Assembly: GCA_900128585.1 (NCBI GenBank)
Contig: LT642159.1
Span: forward strand, 1-52,562
Length of the DNA stretch: 52,562 nt
Reading direction: 5' to 3'
From: Stramenopiles sp. TOSAG23-3
Taxonomy: Eukaryota
Part shown: positions 31,968 to 42,437 of the stretch, in pieces
Layout: every line of letters begins with the position of its first letter
Position numbering within the stretch: position 1 is the stretch's first letter
The notes under the pieces: model-generated
The model's input: only the letters and a program-made list of their open reading frames with translations
Database searches by the model: none
What the model was told of the DNA's origin: nothing
Program-made: the position numbers and the translations under genes

Positions 31968-34202
31968 TCACAGTCTGCCAGCAATTCTCCCCCTCGACCT
32001 ACCCCCACCCCCAGAGCCATCCCAGGGAAGCGGTGCAGCCCTCTTAGGACCATTCCACATAGGAGGTGGTGGAGGCGGAGAAGGAGGAGATTCTTCCTTC
32101 TTCTCGTCTTTGTCAAATTCACCAGCATCACCGTTTGTCAATGACCCAGAACCTATCATGTCACTCGCTAGAGACAAACGTACGGCCTTCTCGGTTATTT
32201 GCAATGCCAAATGTGGCTCTAGCTCATTGGAGTTGTAAAGCGTTTCGCCCTTGTTTGACAATTCCGTATCGTGCTTTTCGCCTTTCCCCCATACCTTTAC
32301 AATGGCAGGATGGGGCGCCCTTGGAATCTCTTGATTACTGTAGCAAAAATCGTGCTCAGACTCCTCCGAGCAATCCACAATGCCAATACGGGCCATCCCG
32401 TTAAGGGCAGCACCCAATCGCAGCATATTAGTAGAAGCAGTTTTACACGACGAACAATCCAGCCCGTCAAGAAAGCAGACGACCCAAAACTCCGTGGTGT
32501 TCAAAACAGTCCGTTGGAAGTTTGAGTGATTTAAACGTACCAGGTTCGAATTCGCAAATAGGTATCGCCATTCTTTTTCCACCTGGCGAGCCCATTCACT
32601 AATCCCAGCAACGTCTTTGTTTCCATGGTATATCTGCTGAGTTCCAAATTCATTGTTCAAAATCATAATGGTGGGGTACGAGGGAATATCGAACCATTCA
32701 GAGCATACCGTAGATGATTTTTCACAATTGACAGCACCGATTTCAATCGAGTCAAGTTTAAGTTCTTCCGCCAGCTGTTTCCATTTTGGCACCAGGGATC
32801 GACAGTGAGAGCACCATGGGGCATAAAATTCAACAAGCCAGATCGACTCTCCTCGGATGCGGCGATCCCAGAGTTTTTCGTTCAGCTGCGTAATTAGTGG
32901 ATGGTGAGAGTAAAAATCTCGAGTGTCCTTTTCACCACTTTGTTCGTACTCCCAAAACGTATTAAACCCCCCATCGTCCTTATCAGTGGACCCATAATCG
33001 TCAAAGGCAGCACGCTTGTCCGGGTTCCCAATTACTTCATACGCCGCAACGATGTCTCGAAAGGCAGCTAAGGCCGCCTCTCTTAGAGAGGCAGGGTTTT
33101 TGTCGGGATGAAGCCTAAGGGTCAAGTGGCGATAGGCTTTTCTAATTTCTTTGCTCGTAGCGCCTGATGAAACTCCAAGCGTCTCGTACGGAAAACTGGC
33201 CCCGTGACACTTCCCTAACGTGCCTGACTCACTAGCAATTTTGGCCCGCTGTTCAATTTCCTGCGCACGCTTAGCCCGCTCTTTTGCTTCCTCTTCACTT
33301 AATTTGCTCTTTGATTCGGTGTCTTCTTCAACGGACTCCTGCTTCACCCTCTCCAGCTCTTCCAATTGCCTCGTTTCCAATCGGGCTTTTGCACGCAGTT
33401 TCGCCTCTTCGATTTCCATACTGCCTGCTTTTTGATTACATACCAGCGCGCCATCGCTATTTCCGATTCCAGACCCGCCCGCGCAACTGGACACATCAAG
33501 CTGCGACGGGCGCGAAGCCCCGTTACTACCCATGCACCCAGCACAACGCAGCAGCAGCGTTTCTTTGTCGTACAGGCACTCGGTGCACGAGTCTTTGTAC
33601 GTTCCAGCGGGAAGTTTGTCATTTTCAACACTCCCACTTTTTAGCAATTTTCTCCATTTGTGAGCGTCCCTGTTGTCTTCTTCTGATGGACAGGTGCTGT
33701 GCTTTCCAACTTTACCAACGTGGTCGTGGTCCCCACGGCAGACCCATGCAATATCTTCGATGCAACGTCGCCCAGCAATACACCAGCCGCAGCCGTTAGC
33801 TCGGCAAAGGTTGCAGTTTAAATAGTTCGCACAATTAATCGATTCAGGGCTTTTCTGCTCACCGCTGTCTTCAAGAAAATTCGAAGGGGATGAGGTTGGA
33901 TTCTCAGACTCTGCGGCCCTTTCGTCCTTCAGAAACTTAGGAAGTTCGACTTCTCCGTCATCATTAATGTATACATCGTAGTACTGGTTTGATTTTTCAA
34001 ACACGCGCTTCAACAGGTCATGCGCATGGCTCAACTTCGCAATAGCGTCATCAAGGGTTACAATATTTTCGGCACTAAGGTCCGTCGCCAATACTTCGCG
34101 CACACTATCAACAAGTTTTTCGTCCTTGATATCGTACGACGTGACCAATAACACACCAAAAAGGAAGACGCAACAAGGAAGCAAAGAACGCAAAAGGTTC
34201 AT
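31968..34202 (-). CDS. Secretory-pathway J-domain/thioredoxin protein (ERdj5/DNAJC10-like) with extra N-terminal Cys-rich domains
   Basis: Signal peptide; PYETLGV...EIRKAYR.L.L.LHPDKN J domain; WLVEFYAPWCSHC thioredoxin; second Trx-like domain with CSSC. Confidence 0.85.
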   Translation of the reverse strand: MNLLRSLLPCCVFLFGVLLVTSYDIKDEKLVDSVREVLATDLSAENIVTLDDAIAKLSHAHDLLKRVFEKSNQYYDVYINDDGEVELPKFLKDERAAESENPTSSPSNFLEDSGEQKSPESINCANYLNCNLCRANGCGWCIAGRRCIEDIAWVCRGDHDHVGKVGKHSTCPSEEDNRDAHKWRKLLKSGSVENDKLPAGTYKDSCTECLYDKETLLLRCAGCMGSNGASRPSQLDVSSCAGGSGIGNSDGALVCNQKAGSMEIEEAKLRAKARLETRQLEELERVKQESVEEDTESKSKLSEEEAKERAKRAQEIEQRAKIASESGTLGKCHGASFPYETLGVSSGATSKEIRKAYRHLTLRLHPDKNPASLREAALAAFRDIVAAYEVIGNPDKRAAFDDYGSTDKDDGGFNTFWEYEQSGEKDTRDFYSHHPLITQLNEKLWDRRIRGESIWLVEFYAPWCSHCRSLVPKWKQLAEELKLDSIEIGAVNCEKSSTVCSEWFDIPSYPTIMILNNEFGTQQIYHGNKDVAGISEWARQVEKEWRYLFANSNLVRLNHSNFQRTVLNTTEFWVVCFLDGLDCSSCKTASTNMLRLGAALNGMARIGIVDCSEESEHDFCYSNQEIPRAPHPAIVKVWGKGEKHDTELSNKGETLYNSNELEPHLALQITEKAVRLSLASDMIGSGSLTNGDAGEFDKDEKKEESPPSPPPPPPMWNGPKRAAPLPWDGSGGGGRSRGRIAGRL

Positions 34203-34608
34203 GTCACTTAACTATTCACAAAAATTGAACGGGCACTCCTACTTACACAGTTAACTGGTTGACTTCCCGTTCGTAAACTAAATTCTTAGGCATGTATTAT
34301 TTTATTTTTGTGCCGATTTGAATGGTCGTCTACAATAGTCAAACCCGTGCGATGTTAATGTTATACGCGTAGTCGTCGTCTATGAATTATGAAACGAAAA
34401 AATATTACTCTCCTTCGTCGTGTACTACTTTTCGAAGGTTTGTTGTCGTTGTTCATATTTGTCTTCGGTATAATATTTATAATAATATTTAAATAAAATA
34501 TATTAGACTAATTACATTATCACAGTAGCGGTATAACTATTATAATACGATGGAATAACAACAAGAAGAAGTCTTGTTGAGATCCGAAAATCGGTGAAGT
34601 GGTGGTCT

Positions 34609-34902
34609 GCTATTGCCTGTACTTTTTCACTATGCACAAATATACAGGCACAGAGCACCGACTAACTTTTTTGGGGGCATTTTTTGCTATATGGATTTAT
34701 ATAGGTAAATATTACAAGTACAACACGCGTTTATCGCAAAAACTTTTAATATTGTACTTATAATATTTACCTATATATATTTGTATAGTAAGAAAAATAA
34801 TAAACCTGCCTGTGCCACGCTAGCTAGCACTTTCTCCAAAAAAAGTTAGTCGGTGCTCTGTGCCTGGACATTTGCGCCTAGTGAAAAAGTACAGGCAATA
34901 GC
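34609..34902. mobile_element. MITE-like non-autonomous element with ~62-bp terminal inverted repeats
   Basis: Left arm GCTATTGCCTGTACTTTTTCACTATGCACAAATATACAGGCACAGAGCACCGACTAACTTTT (34609-34670) is the reverse complement of 34841-34902 with 4 mismatches. The interior is AT-rich and non-coding. Confidence 0.8.
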
Positions 34903-35193
34903 TTATTATTTTTTTGTTGTATTACTACTAGGTAGTCTACTGTATATTTATTATATTATTATTAAAAAATATATAATAATAAAAAAAAAAAAAAAAAAAG
35001 GAGAAGAAGAAGAGAAGGAAGAAGAGAATAATTGAGAATGAAAGGAGTTCGTATTCTTCGTCGAGAGAGATGAACTCATAAATAATGTGACGGTTAACAC
35101 GAAGATCGTGGAAAGATTGTGCTCAAGTGCGACAATGCTCGAAGATTTCGTCACTAACAAACCGGAACGCGTACCAATAGCTTACACAATGAT

Positions 35194-36438
35194 ATGGAGG
35201 AACTGTTGCAAGGCTTCCCAGTGGCGTTGAAGCAAGTGTTGGTCGGCGGCGGTCGGGGCGTTTTCGCAAAGCGGGCCGTTAAGTCAGGAGAAATAATTTT
35301 ACGAAGTGCTCCAGCTGGTGTCTCGGTACATCGGAAACACTATCCTCTCCTTTGTTTAAGTTGTCTGAAATTTAGTGAAGACATTGACCAAATTTTTCCA
35401 CATGGGTGTGAAGCTTGTCAGACAGTTTACTACTGCTCTGAGCAGTGCAAGAAAAACGATTACCCTCTTCATTTTGCACACTGCGAATTGTTGCATAGCG
35501 TAGAAGTAGACAAGGATTTGAAGAAGGAAGAAACAAGTTTAGTGAGACTTCTGTTTCGAATGCTTGCTAGATCTTCGTACGCGAAGTTGACCGCTAAAAA
35601 AAGAGCGTGCAGCGGTGCTGAAGCTGAAGGTGAAAATGAGGAAATTGGCAAAATCAGCGTCCCACCGGCATGCGTTCGGCATGTGGAATTAATGATGGAA
35701 GATAACAGGTTGATAGCTGGGTACAAAAGAAGGAAGCGCCAGCGCTTGACAGCTGCAAAAGCGTTTGTGAAGTTGCTACGCACGACTTCTGCCAATGCCA
35801 AAAGTGATAGTAGCGATGGTTGTGCGGCTTCTGGGCGGCAATTGCTCCCTCTTGTTGAACAGCTTACTTTATGCCCATCGTTTCAAAACGTACGCAGAGT
35901 CGAACGCCTCCTCGCCAGTGGGCCATTGAATGAATTTGCATTATGGGATCTCGAGGAAGAGGCTTGTGGCAGTGGTTTTTTCCCGGGGGCTGGGTTGATA
36001 AATCACAGCTGCATTCCTTCCTCCGCGGTACAGCTTGAAGGAACTGATTTGTGCTTCTACGCTACCACGGATATTGAAGAAGGCGAAGAAATTACCCAGT
36101 CTTATGCCAATTTGAACGGCGATGGCCGACTAAGCCGGCAAGAGAATTTAATGACTAGTTGGGGTTTCGTTTGTAAATGCATTCGTTGTGAATATGAAAA
36201 TTACGTAAAATCTAACACAGGAACAATTCCAAACAGCGTGACCAAAACACAAAAAATAATAGAAAAATTCGATCGACTACATGTTTGCAATTGTGGAGGG
36301 ATTTCTTGTCCATTAGATCGACGTGGGTCGCGTAGTGTAGCCCCCTCCCACTCTTGCGTTGGCGGTGAAAAGACAGAATCACCAGAATGCGATTGTAATT
36401 GTTACAATCTTTTACGAAGAAGCTCTGCCGAAGTCTGA
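35194..36438 (+). CDS. SET and MYND domain lysine methyltransferase (SMYD family)
   Basis: GRGVFAKR..KSGE N-SET; MYND CLSC..CEACQTVYYCSEQC..H..HC; INHSCIP, GEEITQSY; post-SET WGFVCKCIRC. Confidence 0.9.
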   Translation: MEELLQGFPVALKQVLVGGGRGVFAKRAVKSGEIILRSAPAGVSVHRKHYPLLCLSCLKFSEDIDQIFPHGCEACQTVYYCSEQCKKNDYPLHFAHCELLHSVEVDKDLKKEETSLVRLLFRMLARSSYAKLTAKKRACSGAEAEGENEEIGKISVPPACVRHVELMMEDNRLIAGYKRRKRQRLTAAKAFVKLLRTTSANAKSDSSDGCAASGRQLLPLVEQLTLCPSFQNVRRVERLLASGPLNEFALWDLEEEACGSGFFPGAGLINHSCIPSSAVQLEGTDLCFYATTDIEEGEEITQSYANLNGDGRLSRQENLMTSWGFVCKCIRCEYENYVKSNTGTIPNSVTKTQKIIEKFDRLHVCNCGGISCPLDRRGSRSVAPSHSCVGGEKTESPECDCNCYNLLRRSSAEV

Positions 36439-37101
36439 ACTCTTGTATTAGCTGTACCGGTACAGGTAATACCGTTACCGGTACGTAAATAAAACCTTTT
36501 CTGATGCTGTATCTATATTTTCAAATAAAAAAATAATTCGCGAAAGAAGACGCATATCAATCAACCACAACCAGGTACAGGAATTTTACCGAACTGGAAC
36601 CAGGACCCTAATTTGTCCCGAAAAGCGGTAACTTTTCACACTAAGCCCATGCTAATTTCTCAAAAAAAATTCTCAACAGCCTGACCTAATTTGTCACTTG
36701 ACGGCAACTTTTTATTAGCGATGCTATGTATATGTATTCCGAGTCGATATTTACGAAAAAATAGTTTTTTTACTAAAAAATAGGAAAAAAAAGAAATAAA
36801 AAAAAGGGAATAACAATACTATTCCTATATTATTTTCTCTCCTTGCTCTTCTCATCTTTTATTTATTAGAAATTATCGATTTTCTTCAAAATCGGTAACT
36901 AAAAAAAAATGAAATAATGTGGTGGTGGTGCATCATTCATTTTTCACTCCTCCTCTCAATTTGTGGTATCCCCATATTCGTACGGTACAAACACATGTTT
37001 ACCAAATTCCAGGAGGTGCTGGGTGTAATTCGATTATTTTGCAGACCGAAACGATTTTGTTGTACAATAGAAACGCTCCTGGAACGTAGTCTGAGCACCG
37101 C

Positions 37102-38358
37102 ATGGCTTCGCTTGCTACAAAGGACCCGGCTGGGCAGGAAACCGCGCAAGGTCCTAGCCCGTTAGAAACGTTTACAAAGTATCGCACACAGCTACTGGCT
37201 TGGAAGCAGGGCAAACTTGACAGTTTTTCAAAAAATGCAAGCCTAGTTGAAAAGCATAGCAATCTGCAACAGTACGAACAATATTTGAATAGCAAGATAA
37301 CAAAAAAGCTCAAGCCGTGCCAGACTAAAATTTTTCCTTCCGAAATAAACTCAAGCAAAACAGACCTGGGTTTTGTGGAGCCAGTGGAAGGTGGCGGTGA
37401 TGCAGCGTTTTTGCTCGAGACATCACATTTAAACAAGAATTGGAGCATGTGGGATGGTGGTTTTGTAGGCAGGAAACCGTGCTGGTTAGACCCAAAGCGG
37501 CTTCCTTCCGCCGAGGTGCTGAAATGCAAGTCTTGCAAAACCCCCATGTTGTTTCTATTGCAAATTTACGCCCCTTTAGACGCGCCGGAGTTTGAGAACC
37601 GGGGGTTTCATCGTACCCTGTATTTGTTTTGCTGCAAAAATCCAAAATGTCTGTCGGGGGACAAGGGCGGGATTTGCGCGCTGCGGTGTCAGTTGGGAAA
37701 GGAGAATGACTGTTATCTAAGTGCAACGGATGGGATGTCGGAGGATGAAGTAGTAGTTATGGAAGAGCAAGGCGCCAACGATTTTTCTATGTTCGACAGC
37801 GCACTTCAGTTCCCATTTTTTGAAATCGTGACAGAATCTGAATTGGACTGTTTACAGGACAGCAATGAGGATATAATGAAGAAGTTTAACGAGCAGGTTG
37901 AGAAAGTTACGATTACAGCAGACAAGATAAAAGGAGACGAAATAACAGGTGAAGATGTGAAGGAGGTAATGAGCACTCTCCCGAAAGCCGTGAACGACGG
38001 CGTCGGCAAGTCGATGACGTTTTTCCACCATCGCGTTTCGGTTGCAAAGGACCAATGCTTGCGATATTCGCGTTGGGAAGATGGGGAAGAGCTGTGGACT
38101 AGTACAGAGAACCGGCCTGACGTGCTCCGTGGGGTCCCGCTGTGTCCGCGTTGCAATAGTCCACGACGCTTTGAGTTTCAGGTAATGCCCCAGCTCTTGT
38201 TCCACCTGGACGGAGAGAACTCAGTCGGGTTGAGCAACGACTTCGACTTCGGCACCATAGCAGTGTACACCTGCACCAACAGTTGTACGTCAAATTCCGC
38301 AACGAACTATTTGGAAGAGTACGTTTGGTGCCAGCAGATGGCTGCCGGAAAAGAGTAG
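37102..38358 (+). CDS. PDCD2: PDCD2/Tsr4-family protein (uS5 chaperone family), lacking the MYND finger
   Basis: LGFVE, VGRKPCWL, CKSC..PM.FLLQIYAP, FHRTLYLFCC, QCLRY, CPRC..RRFEFQVMPQLL, DFGTIAVYTC..SC...YLEEYVW. Confidence 0.88.
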   Translation: MASLATKDPAGQETAQGPSPLETFTKYRTQLLAWKQGKLDSFSKNASLVEKHSNLQQYEQYLNSKITKKLKPCQTKIFPSEINSSKTDLGFVEPVEGGGDAAFLLETSHLNKNWSMWDGGFVGRKPCWLDPKRLPSAEVLKCKSCKTPMLFLLQIYAPLDAPEFENRGFHRTLYLFCCKNPKCLSGDKGGICALRCQLGKENDCYLSATDGMSEDEVVVMEEQGANDFSMFDSALQFPFFEIVTESELDCLQDSNEDIMKKFNEQVEKVTITADKIKGDEITGEDVKEVMSTLPKAVNDGVGKSMTFFHHRVSVAKDQCLRYSRWEDGEELWTSTENRPDVLRGVPLCPRCNSPRRFEFQVMPQLLFHLDGENSVGLSNDFDFGTIAVYTCTNSCTSNSATNYLEEYVWCQQMAAGKE

Positions 38359-38496
38359 AGAACATTAAAGAGAGTACAACTTAAGAGTGCAAAATGGTCT
38401 TTTAAAAGAATCTTACTACGAGAATTAATATTGCCACTCCTTGTCGTACAGAGTAATGCACTCTCTTGCAATTTCACAAGATACACCACTAAAAAT

Positions 38497-38591
38497 TTGT
38501 CCAAACATAAGGAGCAGAAATACATTCGTAGTACATGAAGGAAGATAATTTTTAAATACCTAAATACCAGCCATTATTTTGTTCTTAATTT
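38497..38591 (+). repeat. Dispersed 3'-flank repeat family, copy C (3' half)
   Basis: AAGGAGCAGAAATACATTCGTAGTACATGAAGGAAGATAATTTTTAAATACCTAAATACCAGCCATTATTT matches 18378-18448. Confidence 0.8.
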
Positions 38592-38850
38592 GTTTTTAAA
38601 ATTAGCACACTGCACGCGCGCACAAATCTCTTGTCTCTTCTCCCACCCCAAAGAAAATTTCAAAAAATTGTAAAGAGGGTCAATGTTTGTCAAATGCCAG
38701 AGAAGTAAAGTATTGTGCCAATACCACACCATAAACCTTTGGAGCGGCACCATAACGTTGGCAGGGAAGCTATCCGGCCTTTTCCCACAGTGACCTGTGC
38801 ATAACGCACTCGTTTCAGCGTTGACATATCCGCAGCGGTCATTACGCGTT

Positions 38851-39639
38851 TTAAAAATTGTCACCAGCAACGGCTTTGCCTATGTCCGCTAGGGACAGTT
38901 TGGTTCCACCAAAGTCGTAGTGGCTCGGTTTGTGGGCACCACCGCAATCCGCAATTTTAATGGCAATATCTTTCATGTTGAGGTCGTCTTGGCAAGTGGC
39001 ATTAATGTTGACTGCAACGGCACCCCCGACCACGTTTGAAAAAATCGACTTGCCCTGCAAAGCCTGCATGCGCTTCATCGCAGAAACAGATTCTCCCACC
39101 CAGGTGACGCTAATCGGCTTCGTGCGCACACTAACAACACTCCGGCGTTCGTCCACCCCGTGGACCGCAAAGCACCCCCACATGACCGAGTCGGATTTGA
39201 ACGCCGCGCAAAATTCTTCCCAGCCTTGCCCGCTCCCCTCGTTGGTAAGCGACTTTTTGTTCTTCCCAAGTTTGCAAACCATCCAGCGCGTGCCAGACTT
39301 CTGCTTCATGACCTCTTCGAACACTTGTTCAACTTGCGCCCCGTCCAGTGCAGACTTGGCGGCTTGCACACTAGCGGCCCGGGAGACTTCGTTCATTACG
39401 GTAGTCTTTGCCGCCTCTGCAACGCGGGCAGCTTGCTCTTCGTCCGCAGCTTTTTTGGCGGCTTCGATGTTGCTCTGTTTTACAAGATCAGCTTGAACAT
39501 CGGCCATATTCCCTTCCGACACGCGTCTTTGCCGTTCCCCTTCGGCGGCTTCGACGGCAATTTTAATATTATCCGCGCGGTCGGCCAACTCCTGCGCTTC
39601 TTGCTCTGCGGTTACACCCTCTTCTGCTACAGCTGACAT
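38851..39639 (-). CDS. Coactosin-like ADF-H actin-binding protein with N-terminal coiled coil
   Basis: WMVCK, GSGQGWEEF, WGCFAV.GVD...SVRTK.I.VTWVGE.V, CGGAHKP.HYDFG. Confidence 0.75.
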   Translation of the reverse strand: MSAVAEEGVTAEQEAQELADRADNIKIAVEAAEGERQRRVSEGNMADVQADLVKQSNIEAAKKAADEEQAARVAEAAKTTVMNEVSRAASVQAAKSALDGAQVEQVFEEVMKQKSGTRWMVCKLGKNKKSLTNEGSGQGWEEFCAAFKSDSVMWGCFAVHGVDERRSVVSVRTKPISVTWVGESVSAMKRMQALQGKSIFSNVVGGAVAVNINATCQDDLNMKDIAIKIADCGGAHKPSHYDFGGTKLSLADIGKAVAGDNF

Positions 39640-40399
39640 TGTTAAGTGTTCCTTTCGTTACTGTTTTGTATTTTTTCTCTTTCGTTTTTTGCAGTTTTTT
39701 TGATTTACGTTCATTTAAATCTCCATAAACTTTATGATCTAATTGAACACTTTCTCTTTTTATAATAAGACATGCCTACTAATAAAGACGATTACACCGT
39801 ACTTGGGAGAGCGAGCATTAAAATAGAAAGAAGAAAGTCCGTGTAAAAAATAAAAAAAGATGATATTATTATTATATACCGTACCTTGGCAGTTTGGCAG
39901 TAGAAAAAAAAAAAAAAAGATAATTAATAATAATACTCTAATACTGTAATAATAATAATAATACACAAAAAATAATAAAATAAAAATAGGCGGCAATACG
40001 AAGAAGAAGGGAGGAGGAGAAGGAAAGAAAAAAAAAAAGATCGTAAAAAATGTTTTTGTTTTTTCTTTTATTCCATTTATATGTCTTTTATTAGTCTACT
40101 TCTGCGTGTGGTGTTGTTTGTTTGTGTTGTTATAGTCTATTATAATTTCTATGTCATACATATAAATAGCATTGCAAAATATGTGTGGTCCTCCTCAAGA
40201 ACCAACTGTACCTGAACCGTAGTTGAAGTAATCGAAAAAAGAAATAATAATAAACATTACACAGCAAAAGGGGAACACTAGCAAATAAGAACAAAAAAAT
40301 GGAAAAATCACAATTATAATTAACTATTTATTTATTACTAGATCTACCTATATATAGACTATTAACAACAAGTACGATATATTTTACTTTCTTTTAATT

Positions 40400-40481
40400 C
40401 TTTCTTTCTTTTTTTTAATTCTTTCTTTCTTTTCTTTCTTTCTTTTAATTCTTTGTTAGTTTCTTTCTTTCTTTGTTAGTT

Positions 40482-40513
<32 letters not shown>

Positions 40514-40549
40514 TGTTAGTTTCTTTCTTTCTTTCTTTCTTTGTTAGTT

Positions 40550-40617
<68 letters not shown>

Positions 40618-40618
40618 T
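40400..40618. repeat. (TTTC)n tetranucleotide array with recurrent TTGTTAGT interruptions
   Basis: About 220 nt of TTTC units, with four TTGTTAGT spacers between ~40453 and ~40548. Confidence 0.95.
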
Positions 40619-40959
40619 GTTCGACTCGTATGTGTGATGATGATGCATCAAGCTTTTTTTCTTCTTTTTTTCTTTCTTAAATACATTGTTGTTGTAATCT
40701 AATATTTTTTTTTTTATTATTATTATTTTTTCATCAATCAAATAATAGAGTTTTTATGTACATACTATATTTTATTAATATTCCTTCTTCAACAAACTAT
40801 CAATCAATAGTAAGAGCACGACGATTCCACAAAAGTGACTCTACGGAATATTTTATTCAAACAGATCAAACCAAACTAAATCACATTCACGGACGAACGT
40901 ACGCAAGGAATCACAAACATTCAACCTTACGTTTGATCGCGACGAGGAACCTGTTGAGC

Positions 40960-42114
40960 ATGTCGGAAGGGGTATTGAAGCACGCGGCGGACGACGAGGC
41001 GAGGCGAAAGGACGAGAAGCCCGTGGTCACTGTAGCGGAGGCAATCGCTGCAGCGAAGGAGTTGTACGGTCTTGAAATTGCGGAAGAAAATGTTAGTAAA
41101 GTGAAACAATTAGATAGTTACGACGACCGCAACTTCTTTATGCAGGGGAGCCTGCCGTCGTCCAACGGGGCGGTTGCGTCGTACCTTTTCAAAGTTCACA
41201 ACGGGGTGGAGTCCGATAGAAAAGAGTTTTTGTCGTGCCAGAACGCGATAATGTCATTTTTGTCCAGCAATGGGTTTGCATGCCCAAGCCCGATCGCGTC
41301 GAGGAGTGGGGAAGATATTGAGTATTTAGAGTTGGATTTAAAAGTAGCCAAGGAGGATGGGCAAACGAAGAAGAACCACGCGGTAAGGCTCTTGAGCTGG
41401 GTGGAAGGGAAGCCGTTAAGTACCGTGGAGGTATCGTCGGAGAAACTCGTGTGCGTCGGCCGGTACTTGGGGAGAATGATGGAAACACTGCGTGGATTCG
41501 ACCACCCTGGTGCCCGTCGCGTGCATTTGTGGGATCAAAAGAACACGAACCTCATTCGACCTTACATCGAAACGATCGACGAGGAGGATGTCAAGAAAAT
41601 AGTGTACGAAGTCGTGGACGATTTCGAGGCCACCGTGCTGCCCATCCAAGACACTTCCCTTCGGCAAGGAATCATCCAGGGAGATTACAACGACGCAAAC
41701 ATTATCATGGGGGACGGGGACGATGTGAGTGGGATCATTGACTTTGGGGACATGAGCTACAGCAACATCGTGTGCGATCTGTCGATCGGCATGGCGTACG
41801 CTATGCTGACGCCGCCAAAAGACTCGGACGGTCTGTCTGCAGCGTGCGCGGTGTTCGAAGGGTTCAGCGAAATGTTCGATTTGGAAGAGGCTGAGCGGGA
41901 CTCGTTGCGCACGTTGATCGCGGCAAGGGTTGCGACATCGGTAACCCTTGGGGCATTCTCCATAAGCAAGGACCCTGAAAACGAGTACCTAAAATTGCAT
42001 GCCAAGCCTGGGCGAGTGGCGCTCGTTAATTTTTGGCAGAAGTGGGGCAAAGAGGAAGTCGAGACACGTATCGACGAGGCCGGGGAGAAGGGTCGGGGGA
42101 GGCGGAAGGATTGA
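40960..42114 (+). CDS. HYKK: Hydroxylysine kinase-like aminoglycoside-phosphotransferase-family kinase
   Basis: LYGL...KQLDSYDDRNF, FKVHNGVES, VRLL.WVEG, WD, IIQGDYNDANII, GIIDFGD, NEYL.LHAKPG. The likely start is ATG 40960 rather than the AT-rich upstream ATG 40756. Confidence 0.8.
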   Translation: MSEGVLKHAADDEARRKDEKPVVTVAEAIAAAKELYGLEIAEENVSKVKQLDSYDDRNFFMQGSLPSSNGAVASYLFKVHNGVESDRKEFLSCQNAIMSFLSSNGFACPSPIASRSGEDIEYLELDLKVAKEDGQTKKNHAVRLLSWVEGKPLSTVEVSSEKLVCVGRYLGRMMETLRGFDHPGARRVHLWDQKNTNLIRPYIETIDEEDVKKIVYEVVDDFEATVLPIQDTSLRQGIIQGDYNDANIIMGDGDDVSGIIDFGDMSYSNIVCDLSIGMAYAMLTPPKDSDGLSAACAVFEGFSEMFDLEEAERDSLRTLIAARVATSVTLGAFSISKDPENEYLKLHAKPGRVALVNFWQKWGKEEVETRIDEAGEKGRGRRKD

Positions 42115-42437
42115 ACATTGAACACCCACTCCGCCACCTGAAACCTGGCACTGCGCGTGTTGTTTTTACACGCGCTGAACTGAGTTTGCACTGCAAGTAG
42201 ATTGATTTACATGAAATATATATTAAGAGCTTGTGTGTAAGAGCAAGGATTAATTGCCCGTAAATACGCTCCTTTATTAAATGTCACCAGATTTTAATTT
42301 TTGTTCCAAGACTTTTTTTCTCTCTCTTGTCTTTTTTCACTAAAACTTAAGTAATCATATGATATGATAAAAGTTATTTGTATCTCTTAACTTCCCCCTC
42401 CTTGACGCCAGCCCACAACGGCCCATGCATCACTCAC

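Noticed and set aside
35194-38358. MYND-less PDCD2 next to a MYND-containing SMYD gene as a split gene
   Set aside because: The MYND finger is integral to the split SET domain of SMYD, and MYND-less PDCD2/Tsr4 proteins are known; adjacency is probably coincidental.
38760-38845. SECIS or cobalamin/TPP riboswitch in the coactosin-like 3' flank
   Set aside because: The ATGA lacks the opposing GA quartet, the gene has no in-frame TGA, and only a partial ACTG..GGGAA..GGC resemblance exists without the other riboswitch elements.
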